A stretch of 64,000 nucleotides of DNA from Zootoca vivipara (taxonomy: Eukaryota). Position numbers and translations under genes: made by a program. The stretch spans positions 54,312,001 to 54,376,000 of the forward strand of contig NC_083277.1 in the NCBI RefSeq assembly GCF_963506605.1. Direction: 5' to 3'. The notes beneath the pieces were generated by a model, which saw nothing but the letters and a program-made list of their open reading frames with translations, was not told where the DNA came from and searched no databases. This document shows positions 13,096 through 40,168 of this stretch, piece after piece. Every line of letters begins with the position of its first letter. The first letter of the stretch is position 1.

Positions 13096-16000
13096 CTTCC
13101 TTCCCTGGATAGATCACTCGCCCTCTTCCCGCTCCTCCTCCCTCCAAGCGGGTGCCGGTGCCGCCGCCGTGTCCTCTGGGAGCTGGAGTCCTGGCAGGCC
13201 CGCCTTGCTGAGCCAGCGCGCTTTGTGACAGCGCTACTGCTGGACTACGAGCCCCATGATGCTCCGCGCGGCTTGCCCCCACACCCTACAGGGACTTGCT
13301 GAGAAGCGTAGTCCCACGGATCAAGGCGCGCACTAGCAACGCTTGGCAGGGCCCAAACATACTACGACTCCCAGAAGCCTGCGGTCTATGTTTCGGCGCC
13401 TGGGCTGGATGGACCTGTGGCTTCGGCATCGCCCGCGCGGCTCGAAGGGGACGTGCCGAGTTACGCGCTGGAATGTATTGACTCTCGCGCGCTCTAGCGG
13501 GGAAATGGCGCGGAGGCGGATTAAATTCCACAACTTTATTATGCAGAAGTTCAGGACGGGTTTCTTCCCAACCCGGCGACAGGCGGGAGAGAGAGAGAGA
13601 GAGAGAGATGCACTTGGCGACCGAGGCGTGGATTTCTCTCAAGTCCCATTTTGTCACCGTACCTTTAATTTCATTAACTAAAAGGACCGGCATTGCCCTG
13701 CCCGCAGGAGGATGCAGTGGGATTACAGAGCAGGCTAGCTGCAGAAATCGGAGCACGGCCTCGGCGTGGAGGAGCTGCAAGCATTTCCGTTGCTCCACCC
13801 GAAATAGGTGTCCGCTTAATGTCCGTTAATGGCAATTGTGCTCGTCGTGATCGCCTTCTGGTGGGTGGCGCCGCTTCGTTTCCTTTCTGAAAATTTCAGC
13901 ACCTTCCTTTCCTGTCACACCTTTTAGTAAAGTTGCTACTAGAAGGCTGCTCTCTAGTAGGTAGCTCCACCGCACTCTTCAGCCTTTCCGAATATGACTG
14001 TGTTTAATTATATTTCTGTGCCTGTTTCAACCTGCTCCGCCGTGGCCTCTCTTCCGATGCCCCCACGTGGAGCAGCAGCTCTCCTCCGGATTGACTAAAA
14101 CCGTTGCAGATTTCTTCCCTTTTTATTCACCGCTGGTAAGCACCATTCTCAAGTCTGCCCCTCCTCCGCCCATATTAACAACCCTCGGAGGATTTCTTTT
14201 AGGCTGTCATGTTATGTGAAAGGGCGCTCCCTTGAATTTAGTGGGTCTTTTCAAGTTTGGGTGCTTCCAGACAAGAGTTTGTTGTGGAACTGGCACATGG
14301 ACATCTTTGCAGTGACCAGTGTCATCAAAATGGCAGCCTGTACTTCAATAAATGTATGAACAAATCTGGGGTTCCCTTTACCATTTACCATGAAATTATT
14401 ATTATTATTATTACTATGGAAAATCCAATAAATATGTTTCACCTGTTACACATCCACAGTCACCCTGGTGTGAAAAGTCATCAGCAGCTCTTTTGTTTCA
14501 TGGTGGGTGGTTTGTCACAAGTGTGCTGTTTCTGGCAGGTGGTCTCTAATACCACATCCATACTTCTGTTTTGCTCCTTACCTGGGCACAGGGTTTGTTT
14601 CCAATGCCAAACAAAAGACGCTTGTCTCCACCTATTGCCACATGCTGAAAGCATGCCTGGATTCAAACAACCTGGTTTGGAGGAGCTATCCTCTCAAGAC
14701 CTTCACAATGTGCACACCAGACGTACAATAATCCAGTGATCTTGCACATGACCTCATTATGATAGGTCACAATCCCACCATACATTTAAACTTTTAAAGA
14801 ACAAGGTTCCCCCAAATAATCCTGGAAACTCTGGTTTGTTAAGGTTGCTGGGAATTGTAGTTCTACAAGGGATAAACTACAATTCTCAGGATTCTTTGGA
14901 GGAAGCCATGTGTTTTAAATGAATGGTTTGAGTGCGACAATGAGTTCAATATTTCATTGCAGTTGTGCGTTTCCACCTCCTACTTCAACTCCACCAAATC
15001 AAATTCCAGATTGATATACGGTACGTAAATGCCACTCTTTCACAAAACCTGTGTTGTTGTTTTTAAATGAAATGGATATTTCCTCCCCTCCACCCTGCAT
15101 CCCTTGAAAGTACAAGCCTATTGTGAAGCATGATAACTAAGGACTAGTAACATTTGCTATTGCGTATTTCCGGTGAATTGCATATTTTAAAATGCATGTG
15201 TAGGGGTACAGAAATATCAATGTGCATGCCCAGTACATAAAGGGCAGGGCTTTCGGAGGGGAGAGACAAAAAACACAGCCCATGTGCATTCTGTGTGAAG
15301 CTCTGCCCATTGGTGTGAATGGCAAGCAGTGTCCATGCCATAGCTGCCAAGTTATCCCTTTTTTACAGGGATTTTCCCTTATGCTGAATAGGCTTCCTCG
15401 CGAGAAAAGGGAAAACTTGGCAGCTATGGTCCATGCCTGGGGTCAGAAGTGCATGAAAGCTAGTGTGCCAATCACACACAGAAAAATCAGGCCTGATTGT
15501 TCAGACGATTCAACACAGTTCAATGCCAGATGCATAGCATCCAAACAGTGTCTGTCATGATGGTAAACATATAAAAATGAACTAATTAGTTGGCAATCTA
15601 AATGGTACATGCCCTGTTACTGTTGGAGAAAGCTTTACCTATTGAATTTCTGCTTGTCAGGAGCAAAAGGTGGCTTATATCTAAATTGGAATTGCCCTTC
15701 TTTTGATTAATGTGTATGTAAATACATTCAAGGAAACAAAATTGGTTGGGATATCTACTTTCCAAATCAACATATTTTCAGCAATAACTTATCTGTTCCA
15801 AGACTGTGTAAATAGCCACACATTTTCTTGGCAGTGCCCCTATTCGTTTGTTTGTTTTAAAAAGTATTTTTACTTGCTCTTCTTCATTTTTTTAAAGGGC
15901 TCTTAGAGCAGCTTACAACAATCATCAGAAGACGGTCCATGCCCTTGAACTTTCAGGCTAAAAGACGCAGCCCAAAAGGAAAAGGGATTGGGCAGGACAA

Positions 16001-16496
16001 GGAAAAAAACTAAATTCAGACACTATTTCTTATAAGTGTTATTTCAAATAAGTTTGAATAAGAGCTTTCTTCTAGCACGTAAGGTTGAAGCAAGCTCCCT
16101 GCAGCTGCTTCCTCTCTGGCCAAGGGATGGGACCAGGTTGGGTCTCCACTTTGGCATGATGTGTGTGTAAACGACAGTTTCCCAGTGGTCCTTGGGCTCC
16201 TGGCCACATGCCTTTAAAGCTGAAAAGTAGGCAGAAAGCAGCAGGTACTGCTTTTCTTCAGAGCTATGACCCATATACCCAAATAACAGAGCTATGACCC
16301 ATTTAAAGTGCACATCCTCATTCTCTGTCCCCAGGCTGTGCACTCCCTTTTGCTCTGTTGTTCACTCCTTTAGGGATTCTGCTCTTCTGAAGTTCCTTCT
16401 TCTATCCCTTTGTGGATGTGGCTGCCTTGGGCTTGAAGTTGCAGGTATAACCCTGCAAACAGTCTCCATAGGCTCTTGCTTTGCACCCTGTGCTGG

Positions 16497-16497
<1 letters not shown>

Positions 16498-16559
<62 letters not shown>

Positions 16560-16560
16560 T
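16498..16560 (+). repeat. (TTTC)n microsatellite
   Basis: Direct reading; similar tracts at 56388-56447 and 60235-60303. Confidence 0.95.
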
Positions 16561-16919
16561 CAGGTTTTTTCCACCGTTGGGGCTTGTTCACTGGGGAGGG
16601 TTTCTGAGAACATGGGGCGTAGCACCCATCAGGCCACTTACAGGAAGGGTTAGGCTTCTGAGTCAGGGCCAGCTTGGACTGGCTGGGAGCAATTTCCTAA
16701 CTTGACATTGCATCATACTGATTTTTTTAAAAAACAAAATATTCTGAGTGTTTTGTGTCAGCTGGGACCTGGGGAAGGGGCCAACCCACTGGTTGAAGAA
16801 GAAAGAGCTGGGAAAGAAAGAGTGGAGAGGTACTTAAGGAGGTCTACTCAGATAGGTCTCCCATGAGCAACTGTACCCCAGGCCCTCTAAACGTCTCCCT
16901 CCTGTCTCTGCAGAATTAT

Positions 16920-17072
16920 TCCTGACACGTGAGCTCTGGGTAAATATTTGGCCAGTGGGGTCAGGGGGGCTCTGTGCCTTTGCTTCCTGCTGGGATATTC
17001 CTGTGTGCACAGCCCAGCTGGCAGATCCATTTGGCAAGGCTGGGAAGGCTGGCGGCGCTGCCAGTGGGAATC
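16920..17072 (+). promoter_or_regulatory. Putative MST1 proximal promoter (E-box CACGTG, forkhead-like GTAAATA, HNF4-like half site)
   Basis: CACGTG 16926-16931, GTAAATA 16940-16946 and TGTGCCTTTG just upstream of exon 1; short motifs only. Confidence 0.3.
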
Positions 17073-33426
<16,354 letters not shown>

Positions 33427-33761
33427 GCTGTGTGGCTGGAACCAACTCACCATGAAGTCTTCCTTCCTCCAGAATCACCATCCTTGAGATCTGAGGTCCT
33501 TTAATAAGGATCAGTGTTGCCAAATGGGAGGACGTTTTCCAAGCCAGGCTGTGAACTTTGGGGGAACTTTGTGCTGAGCCTGCCCTTTTGGAACACACAG
33601 GCGATGCTTTTGAAACAAATGCTGCCATAACCCCAGACACACTTTCCTTCTCCTTCTACAGGAATAGCTGTCATGGAATCACAGGTACATCAATAGAACA
33701 AAACGCCACCAAACTAATACAGTAGTAATTTATTTGGATGCATTGCAGCACAATCCCATGT

Positions 33762-33906
33762 ATCACAGAATTGTAGAGTTGGAAGGCACCACTAGGGTCA
33801 TCTAGTCCAACCCCTGCAATGCAGGAATCTTTTTGCCCAATGTGGGGCTCAAACACACAACCTTGAGATTCAGAGTCTCGTGCTCTACAACTTGAGCTAT
33901 CCCAGG
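33762..33906 (-). mobile_element. tRNA-Lys-derived SINE with CR1 tail, probably in the MST1 3' UTR
   Basis: Reverse complement of the 4503-4645 family; a partial copy also lies at ~34773-34870. Confidence 0.78.
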
Positions 33907-34879
33907 TGTATTTAGTTTAAAAATCATTTTGAGTCAGGCTTCTACATTGGTTTATGTACCTCCCATATAGAAACACACACTTTCAGAAGGTTTGAACAAA
34001 TAATATTGGTGTCATTCTCTCTCCAGCAGCAACCCCATTGCAGTAGCTCTTTTACACACTTTCCCATCTCTTTGAAGGAAGGTTCCCTCTCTCCCTCCCA
34101 GGGACTGTCATATAGGCTGAGGCCACACCACAGGCTTCATGTCATTGCATCCCTCACTAAGCAAGGCACTGGAGAACTTCCTAAGAACTTCCTAAGAACT
34201 TCCACCTGTCTGTCTTTCTTGTTACAAAATAAGTTTCCATACTGTTGGTATTATTATTATTATGTCATTAAAAAGAACTTTGTAATAAATTAATAGTAAT
34301 AATTCATTCCTTTTTGTCAGAATTCATTGGCTGAAAGAAAGCTTCATTATTCAGGCTTTGCGTAACCTACTTTTTTTTTAACCATTAATGAAATCCTCTT
34401 TTAAAATCCTGACTCCGAAGGGCAACAAACAGTGCAAAGTTGAATAAACAGTTCAAAGTGCCTTTGAAACTGATAACAACAGAGCACAGGCAATACTTAA
34501 TGCAAAGCATGATGCTCTAAAATTGTTGAAGCTTAATGCATGACTGACCTTATCAGTGCCTGGGAACTCAAAAAGTACCGGTAACTTACTTTTCCATTGG
34601 AAAAAAGGCTCTAAGTATAGTACAGTATAGTAATAATATTGTTGCATGACACCCTAATCTCCAAGTGATGTGCCAGGCGCTTACCCAGGGTTGGTGTTTC
34701 CTTTTGTTAATGAGGCACAGTGGAGACTGTGGTGTCTTTATGATATATGGTTATATACACATACTGTATATTCATAGAATTGTAGAGTTGGAAGGGACTA
34801 CGTGGGTCATCTAGTTCAACCTCCTGCAATGCAGGAATCTTTTGTCCAACGTGGGGCTCGAGCCCCCAACCCCCATTTT

Positions 34880-35160
34880 ATAATTGTGCAGCTGGCTCTT
34901 CCTGCCTAAAGGCAGAACCTTACATTTGTCCCTATTGAAATTCATTGTATTAGTTTGGACTCAGTTGTCCAATCTGTCATGGTCATTTTGAATCCAAATT
35001 CTGTCTTTTAGCTTCCCCTCCCAGTTTGGTTTATCTGCAAATTTGATGAGCATCCCCTCAATGTCTTTTTCCAAGTCATTCATAAAGACGTTGAACAACA
35101 ATAATCAGCCCAGGACAGAACCCTGTGGCACCCCATTTGTCCCTTTCCCCCCAGGATGAC
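34880..35160 (-). mobile_element. Older CR1 RT fragment
   Basis: Reverse-strand GVPQGSVLG / KFAD motifs. Confidence 0.7.
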
Positions 35161-35756
35161 GATGAATCATCGGAGATGGAGAACAGATATAGTTACCACT
35201 GTGCTAAATAAAAGACACATCTTTGCATTTCCTGTTTTGGAAAACAGCAACAAGCAAATCTCGTGTGCTTTTTTAATACACCAAAGAAACAAAACCCTAT
35301 CATGATTTGACTGGTAAACTGATCAATTAAAGCTGCAATCTTATCTGTCCTTGCCTTAGAAAAAGCCCATTGAATATACTAGGATTAAATTCCAAGCATG
35401 AATAGGATTGGGCAGTATACATGTCTGTTTACTCAAATATATATATTCTGCCATCTCTGGGCAATTGCCTGGCTTTGTGTGTCCTCTATTTTATCAAAAC
35501 TGTGAGCAGCACAGATTCCCACCTCCTCAAAAGTTCAGATCTTTGGCATGGCAACAACCTTGAGCACAGTCAAAATTGTTAATCCGAATGACACAGGTGA
35601 TGAGGTCTTTTTGCAAAATAAAACAAAGACATCTGACAGTATTAGAAACTCCATTATGAATAAGCTTTTTGGATTGGTGTGCTGGTGTGGATTTAAGCAG
35701 CAGCAGAAATGCATCCTGTGCAATGAGCAAATGAGTGGTGGTGGATCTCTGAACTA

Positions 35757-35988
35757 CAGTGGCACCTCGACTTATGAAGGTGATCCATTCCGCTTCGCTC
35801 TTCAGAAGTCAAATCCTTCGTAAGTCGAAGCGTCCATTTTGCGCATGCACAAAGTGCGATTTTGCGCTTTGTGCATGCGCAGACCACGCGCTCTGCTTCT
35901 GTGCATGCGCAGACTGCGCACACGGTGAAAATACTTCTGGGTTAGCGAACTTCGGAAGTCGAGGCATTCGGAAGTCAAGGTACCACTA
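35757..35988. mobile_element. TcMar/Tigger-type MITE upstream of TAS2R copy 1
   Basis: TA duplication; CAGTGGCACCTCGACTT / AAGTCAAGGTACCACTA ends; internal TGCGCATGC repeats. Confidence 0.8.
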
Positions 35989-36259
35989 TAACTGCTATTT
36001 TGATGGTCACATGCTGGATTTTCATCTTGTATTAAGAATCTTGTGTCTGTTTTTAAAGAAGAAATAGTGTATTGGGGGTGTAGAAATGAGCAGCTACAAA
36101 AGGAATGACACAAAGGACTACATAAGGCTTTTAGTTTGGAGATGCAAACGAACTTACTGTTAAGGAAATAGAATTTGCTTTTAAAGTGGATCCAGTAAAA
36201 AGTGTGGGCTGAATGAAGAGAGTCTGAAGGCAAGCCTTTCAGACCTGGTTTCTTCCAGG

Positions 36260-36605
36260 TGCCAACAGCAGAATTTCCAGCTCCTGCTATTTATTCCCTG
36301 AGTAGTAGAATCTGGGCCACTAACTTTCTTATTCGCAAAACCACCAAAAAGGAGTACCACCCTCACTCAAGGCAAATTCAACAGGAGGCCCTTTGGTATA
36401 TCAACACCACTATGTGAAATAGAAGCAGTAAGGAAAGGAGGAGCCCGGAAATCCCATTCATTTACACATGATTTGTTTGCATGGTTCCCAGCCTATTAAA
36501 AACTATGCCGCAGCCCTGCTAACTCACTCACACTCTCCACTTTAGCTCAACAATTTTGGTCGCTGAAAGTCTTACCTGTACAGCAGTCTGAAAGGACCCA
36601 GAGAG
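36260..36605 (+). promoter_or_regulatory. TAS2R copy 1 proximal promoter module
   Basis: TTCCAGCTCC / TCTGGGCCAC / CTTTCTTATTC / ACACCACTA blocks, octamer variant GTTTGCAT 36475-36482, then TTAAAAA; shared with the paralogs. Confidence 0.6.
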
Positions 36606-37523
36606 ATGCCTTCTTCTCAGATCATTACCTTTCTGGTGGCTTTAATTGACTTGGCCCTCGGTGGGCTGATCTCCAATGGCTTTGTAGTTGCAGTGATAGT
36701 CATTGAATGGGCTAAATGCAAGACCCTCGCAGCTAGGGAACAACTTATTCTATCCATGGGTACGTCCAATATCTTCTTCACATTTATTCTGACTGCTTAT
36801 TTTATTAGATACGGGTTAAAGCCTGACCTCAGTGACAGTGACAGCGTAATATTTGGTGTGTATTACTTCTTTTTAACCTTTGGCCTATTCTTCCGACTCT
36901 GGGTCATTGCCTTGCTCTGTGTCTTCTATTGCGTCAAGATAGTGAACAGCACACACTCCCTCTTCCTTTGGTGCAAGCTGAGGATATCGCGGATGGTGCC
37001 CTGGCTTCTTGGGGGCTCTCTCGTCATCACGTCATTTGATTCTTTCATTACAATTCAAAATAGGTATATTTCTCTCATGGGCAACGCAACAGTCAATGAT
37101 GCAAACGTGACACAAGGAAAGTCAGAGAATGAGTTTCACAGTTCTCTCCAAGTCTTGCTTCTAATTGGTAATACTGTTTGTCCTTTTCTTCTAGTTTTCC
37201 TTTGCTCCATCCTGGTTGTAACCTCACTCTGTAGGCATGTCTGCCGGGTGACAGGTAAAGAATCCAAATTTAGGAGCCCTCAAACAGAAGCCCATGTCAA
37301 GGCAGCTGGAACAGTGCTCTTCCTCCTGATTCTTTCCATTTCTTTTTATGTGGCAGAGACCTTGTTTATAAGTGGACAAGCTGAAAAAAATATATTTGCT
37401 ACTTCAGTGTGTTTAACAGTTATAATATCGTATTCCCCTGTGCAGGCTGCCCTCCTGGTGTCGGTGAATCCTAAGCTCAAGCAGGCAGCTGCCAGGATGC
37501 TTCCAAGAGCAAAGCCTTCATAA
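36606..37523 (+). CDS. TAS2R: Bitter taste receptor TAS2R (copy 1), intronless, 305 aa
   Basis: Seven hydrophobic segments; ISNGF, CVFYCVKIVN..FLWCKLRI, SLCRH, TEAHVKA and NPKLKQAA motifs. Confidence 0.92.
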   Translation: MPSSQIITFLVALIDLALGGLISNGFVVAVIVIEWAKCKTLAAREQLILSMGTSNIFFTFILTAYFIRYGLKPDLSDSDSVIFGVYYFFLTFGLFFRLWVIALLCVFYCVKIVNSTHSLFLWCKLRISRMVPWLLGGSLVITSFDSFITIQNRYISLMGNATVNDANVTQGKSENEFHSSLQVLLLIGNTVCPFLLVFLCSILVVTSLCRHVCRVTGKESKFRSPQTEAHVKAAGTVLFLLILSISFYVAETLFISGQAEKNIFATSVCLTVIISYSPVQAALLVSVNPKLKQAAARMLPRAKPS

Positions 37524-38554
37524 TTCTTAGATGCTGCATTTTGTAAGAAGAGCTGGTTCAGGGGCCCCAAGCCTGGTCAAGTGTAGGGTGTGAAGTGGAG
37601 GAAGGATTGTAACACTTTGTTTGCTCTCATGTTTTCAATCAGCATTGTCCTGCTCTTATCATGGCTGTTACTTGCAATGTGGGGAAAGCCCCTCTTGGTT
37701 CCAGTCAGTGCTATCCTGCCACTGCGATTCTGATCGGGAAAAGGAAGGATTAATGGTTAAAGTTCCCTGCCCTCCTTGCCAGAGTCACAACCAGCCTTCT
37801 CTCCCCACCCCCTCCACATGCCAGCTACTTTTAAAAAACGAAGCCTGCTATATCTCTTTAGGATCACGGGATAAGCACACACTACTTAACAACTTACACC
37901 AGGCATTCCTCAAAGTACAATGCCCATCTAATACAGCAAAACAAAGCAGATGCCCAAAGAGATGCCCAAAACAGATGCCCAAAAGATGCCCTAGTGCAAA
38001 AACAAACAAACATATTTTGCCACTTACAGCCCCCAAATGAAATCACTCACACATTTCATCAGTTATCGACACCCAAGTCTGGAGAATGACACTTCCTTCT
38101 CACACACCTCGGCTGTCGACCTATACTTTTGGAAGAAACAAAAGTATTGGGTAGTATTAAAAATAGCTTCTACGTTATAAATATACTGGGTTAGTACAGA
38201 GATGGAGTGGAATTAAGCAGCAGCAAAGAATGTGCAATAGAAAAATGAGTGCAGCTGGATCTCTGAGCTAAGTCTGCTATCGTGGTTGTTACACACTGCA
38301 ATTTGAGCTTGCATTGATTTGTTTTTAAAGAACAGTGAAAAAAGTAATAGCAGGCAAAGGAAGGGAAAACTGCATTGGAAATAACTGCAGATAGCTTTTA
38401 CTTTGAGGCATGAGATGGCTTGGAAGAAGCATTTGCCTATAATCTGGGATTCAATAAAAGAAAAGGCTGCAGAGATCTGTGAACCAGAAGCAGGAGGGTC
38501 TGAGGACAAACAAGCCAGCTGGAATATTTCAGAGGTGGGTTCTCCTGTCTTTCA

Positions 38555-38945
38555 AAAGTAGTATTTCCAGCTCCTCCTATTCTTTACATAAACTCTGGGC
38601 CACTGCTAAGTAGTTGCCTGTGGTAAGCTTTCTTATTCATGGGGCCGGCAAAATGGAGCACACACCCCCCCCCACACACACACAATTTATACAAAGTGGA
38701 GTGACAGGCAGCCCTCTGATACAGTTTCTGTCCACACCACTATGCCAGATAGGGGCATTATGGAAATGAGCAGCCGGGGAGTCTCATTAATTTATAGTTT
38801 GGTTTCATAGTTCATTTGCATAGTTCCCGTGTCATTCATAAGGATGCTGCAGATATTCTGTCTCACTTGCACGCTCCATCTCAGTGCAGCAACTTTGGAT
38901 CGGTGAAAGGCCACCTGGTACAGTAATCTGCAAGGAGACGGAGAG
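38555..38945 (+). promoter_or_regulatory. TAS2R copy 2 proximal promoter module
   Basis: Same blocks; ATTTGCAT 38814-38821. Confidence 0.6.
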
Positions 38946-39842
38946 ATGCCTTCTCTTCAGTTTATTGCCTTTCTGGCGTCTCTAGCTGTCCTGGCCATCG
39001 GTGGGCTCATCTCCAATGGCTTTATTGCTGCAGTGATAGTCACTGAGTGGGCTAAAAGCAGGAAAATTGATGCTAGAGAACAACTTCTTCTGTCCCTAGG
39101 TATGTCCAATATTGGCTTCTCTGGTGTTATGTCTCCATGTTTAATTAATTACTACTTCTTCCCTGGCTCTAGCAGCTACTTAACTTTACAAATAAGCCAG
39201 TTCATTGGAAGCTTTCTCGCATTCTCCCGATTCTGGCTTACTGCCTGGCTCTGCCTCTTCTATTATCTCAAGATAGTTAACAACAACTGCTCCCTTTTCC
39301 TTTGGTGCAAGCTGATGATATCACGGATAGTACCTTGGCTTCTTGGGGGATCTCAAGCCATTTCCTTGCTTGTTGCCTTCTTTGCAGTGCAGAATTTGTA
39401 CATTAAACCCCAGAGAAGCATTACAAACATGACGCAAGACAGGACAGAGCTTGATCTTGCTACAAATTTCAAAATCTTCTATTTGATCACTGGTTGTGGC
39501 TGCCCGTTCCTGATAGCTTTTCCTTGCTCAATCATGGTTGCAGCCTCACTCTACAGACACGTCTACAAAGTGACTGGGAAAGAATCCAATGTTAGGAGCC
39601 TCCAAACAGACACTCACACCAAGGCAGCTGGGACAGTGCTCCTCCTGCTGATCCTTTCCATTTCTTTTTACGTGGCAAAGATCTTATTTTTAACTGGCTA
39701 TATTATCAAAGATACAGTTGGCATTTCAGTGTGTGTAGCAATAATTCTAATGTACTCTCCTGTGCAGGCTGCCCTCCTGGTGTTGGTGAATCCCAAGCTC
39801 AAGCAGGCAGCTGCCAGGATGCTTCCAAGAACAAAACCTTAA
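38946..39842 (+). CDS. TAS2R: Bitter taste receptor TAS2R (copy 2), 298 aa
   Basis: Same motifs; paralogous to copy 1 including the 3' flank. Confidence 0.92.
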   Translation: MPSLQFIAFLASLAVLAIGGLISNGFIAAVIVTEWAKSRKIDAREQLLLSLGMSNIGFSGVMSPCLINYYFFPGSSSYLTLQISQFIGSFLAFSRFWLTAWLCLFYYLKIVNNNCSLFLWCKLMISRIVPWLLGGSQAISLLVAFFAVQNLYIKPQRSITNMTQDRTELDLATNFKIFYLITGCGCPFLIAFPCSIMVAASLYRHVYKVTGKESNVRSLQTDTHTKAAGTVLLLLILSISFYVAKILFLTGYIIKDTVGISVCVAIILMYSPVQAALLVLVNPKLKQAAARMLPRTKP

Positions 39843-40168
39843 CCATTCTTAGGTGTTGCCTTTTGTGAAGAGCTAGCTCAGGGGCCCCCAAGCCTGGTCA
39901 GGAGTAGAGTGTGCATGTTTTCTCCATCCTATTGACCCATCCTATCATCCCTGCCATTTGCCACGGGAAGAAAGGGCCTATTGATGCCAACAGCAGATCT
40001 CCTCCCATTGTGGTTCTGATTGGGATGGGGGATGATGAGTGGTTAAAGACTCCTGGCCCACCTTGCCCCAGTCACAAGCAGCCTTGCTTCCTCCCCCTAA
40101 GTCAGTGACTTCCTTTCATTAAAATGAAGCATGCTGCATCCGTTCAGGCTCATTGGTCAAGGCATATA

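Larger units (their letters stand above)
12500..13900. promoter_or_regulatory. CpG island / IFRD2 promoter with two ZNF143(SBS)-like motifs, an RFX half site and a YY1-like motif
   Basis: Very high GC and CpG density; ACTACGAGCCCCATGATGC 13244-13262; ACTACGACTCCCAGAAGCC 13361-13379; CTAGCAAC 13333-13340; GGAAATGGCG 13501-13510. Confidence 0.75.

Noticed and set aside
36606-37523. V1R/ORA vomeronasal receptor identity for the 7TM genes
   Set aside because: FYCxKIVN, FLWxKLRI, EAHxKA and NPKLKQA are TAS2R signatures
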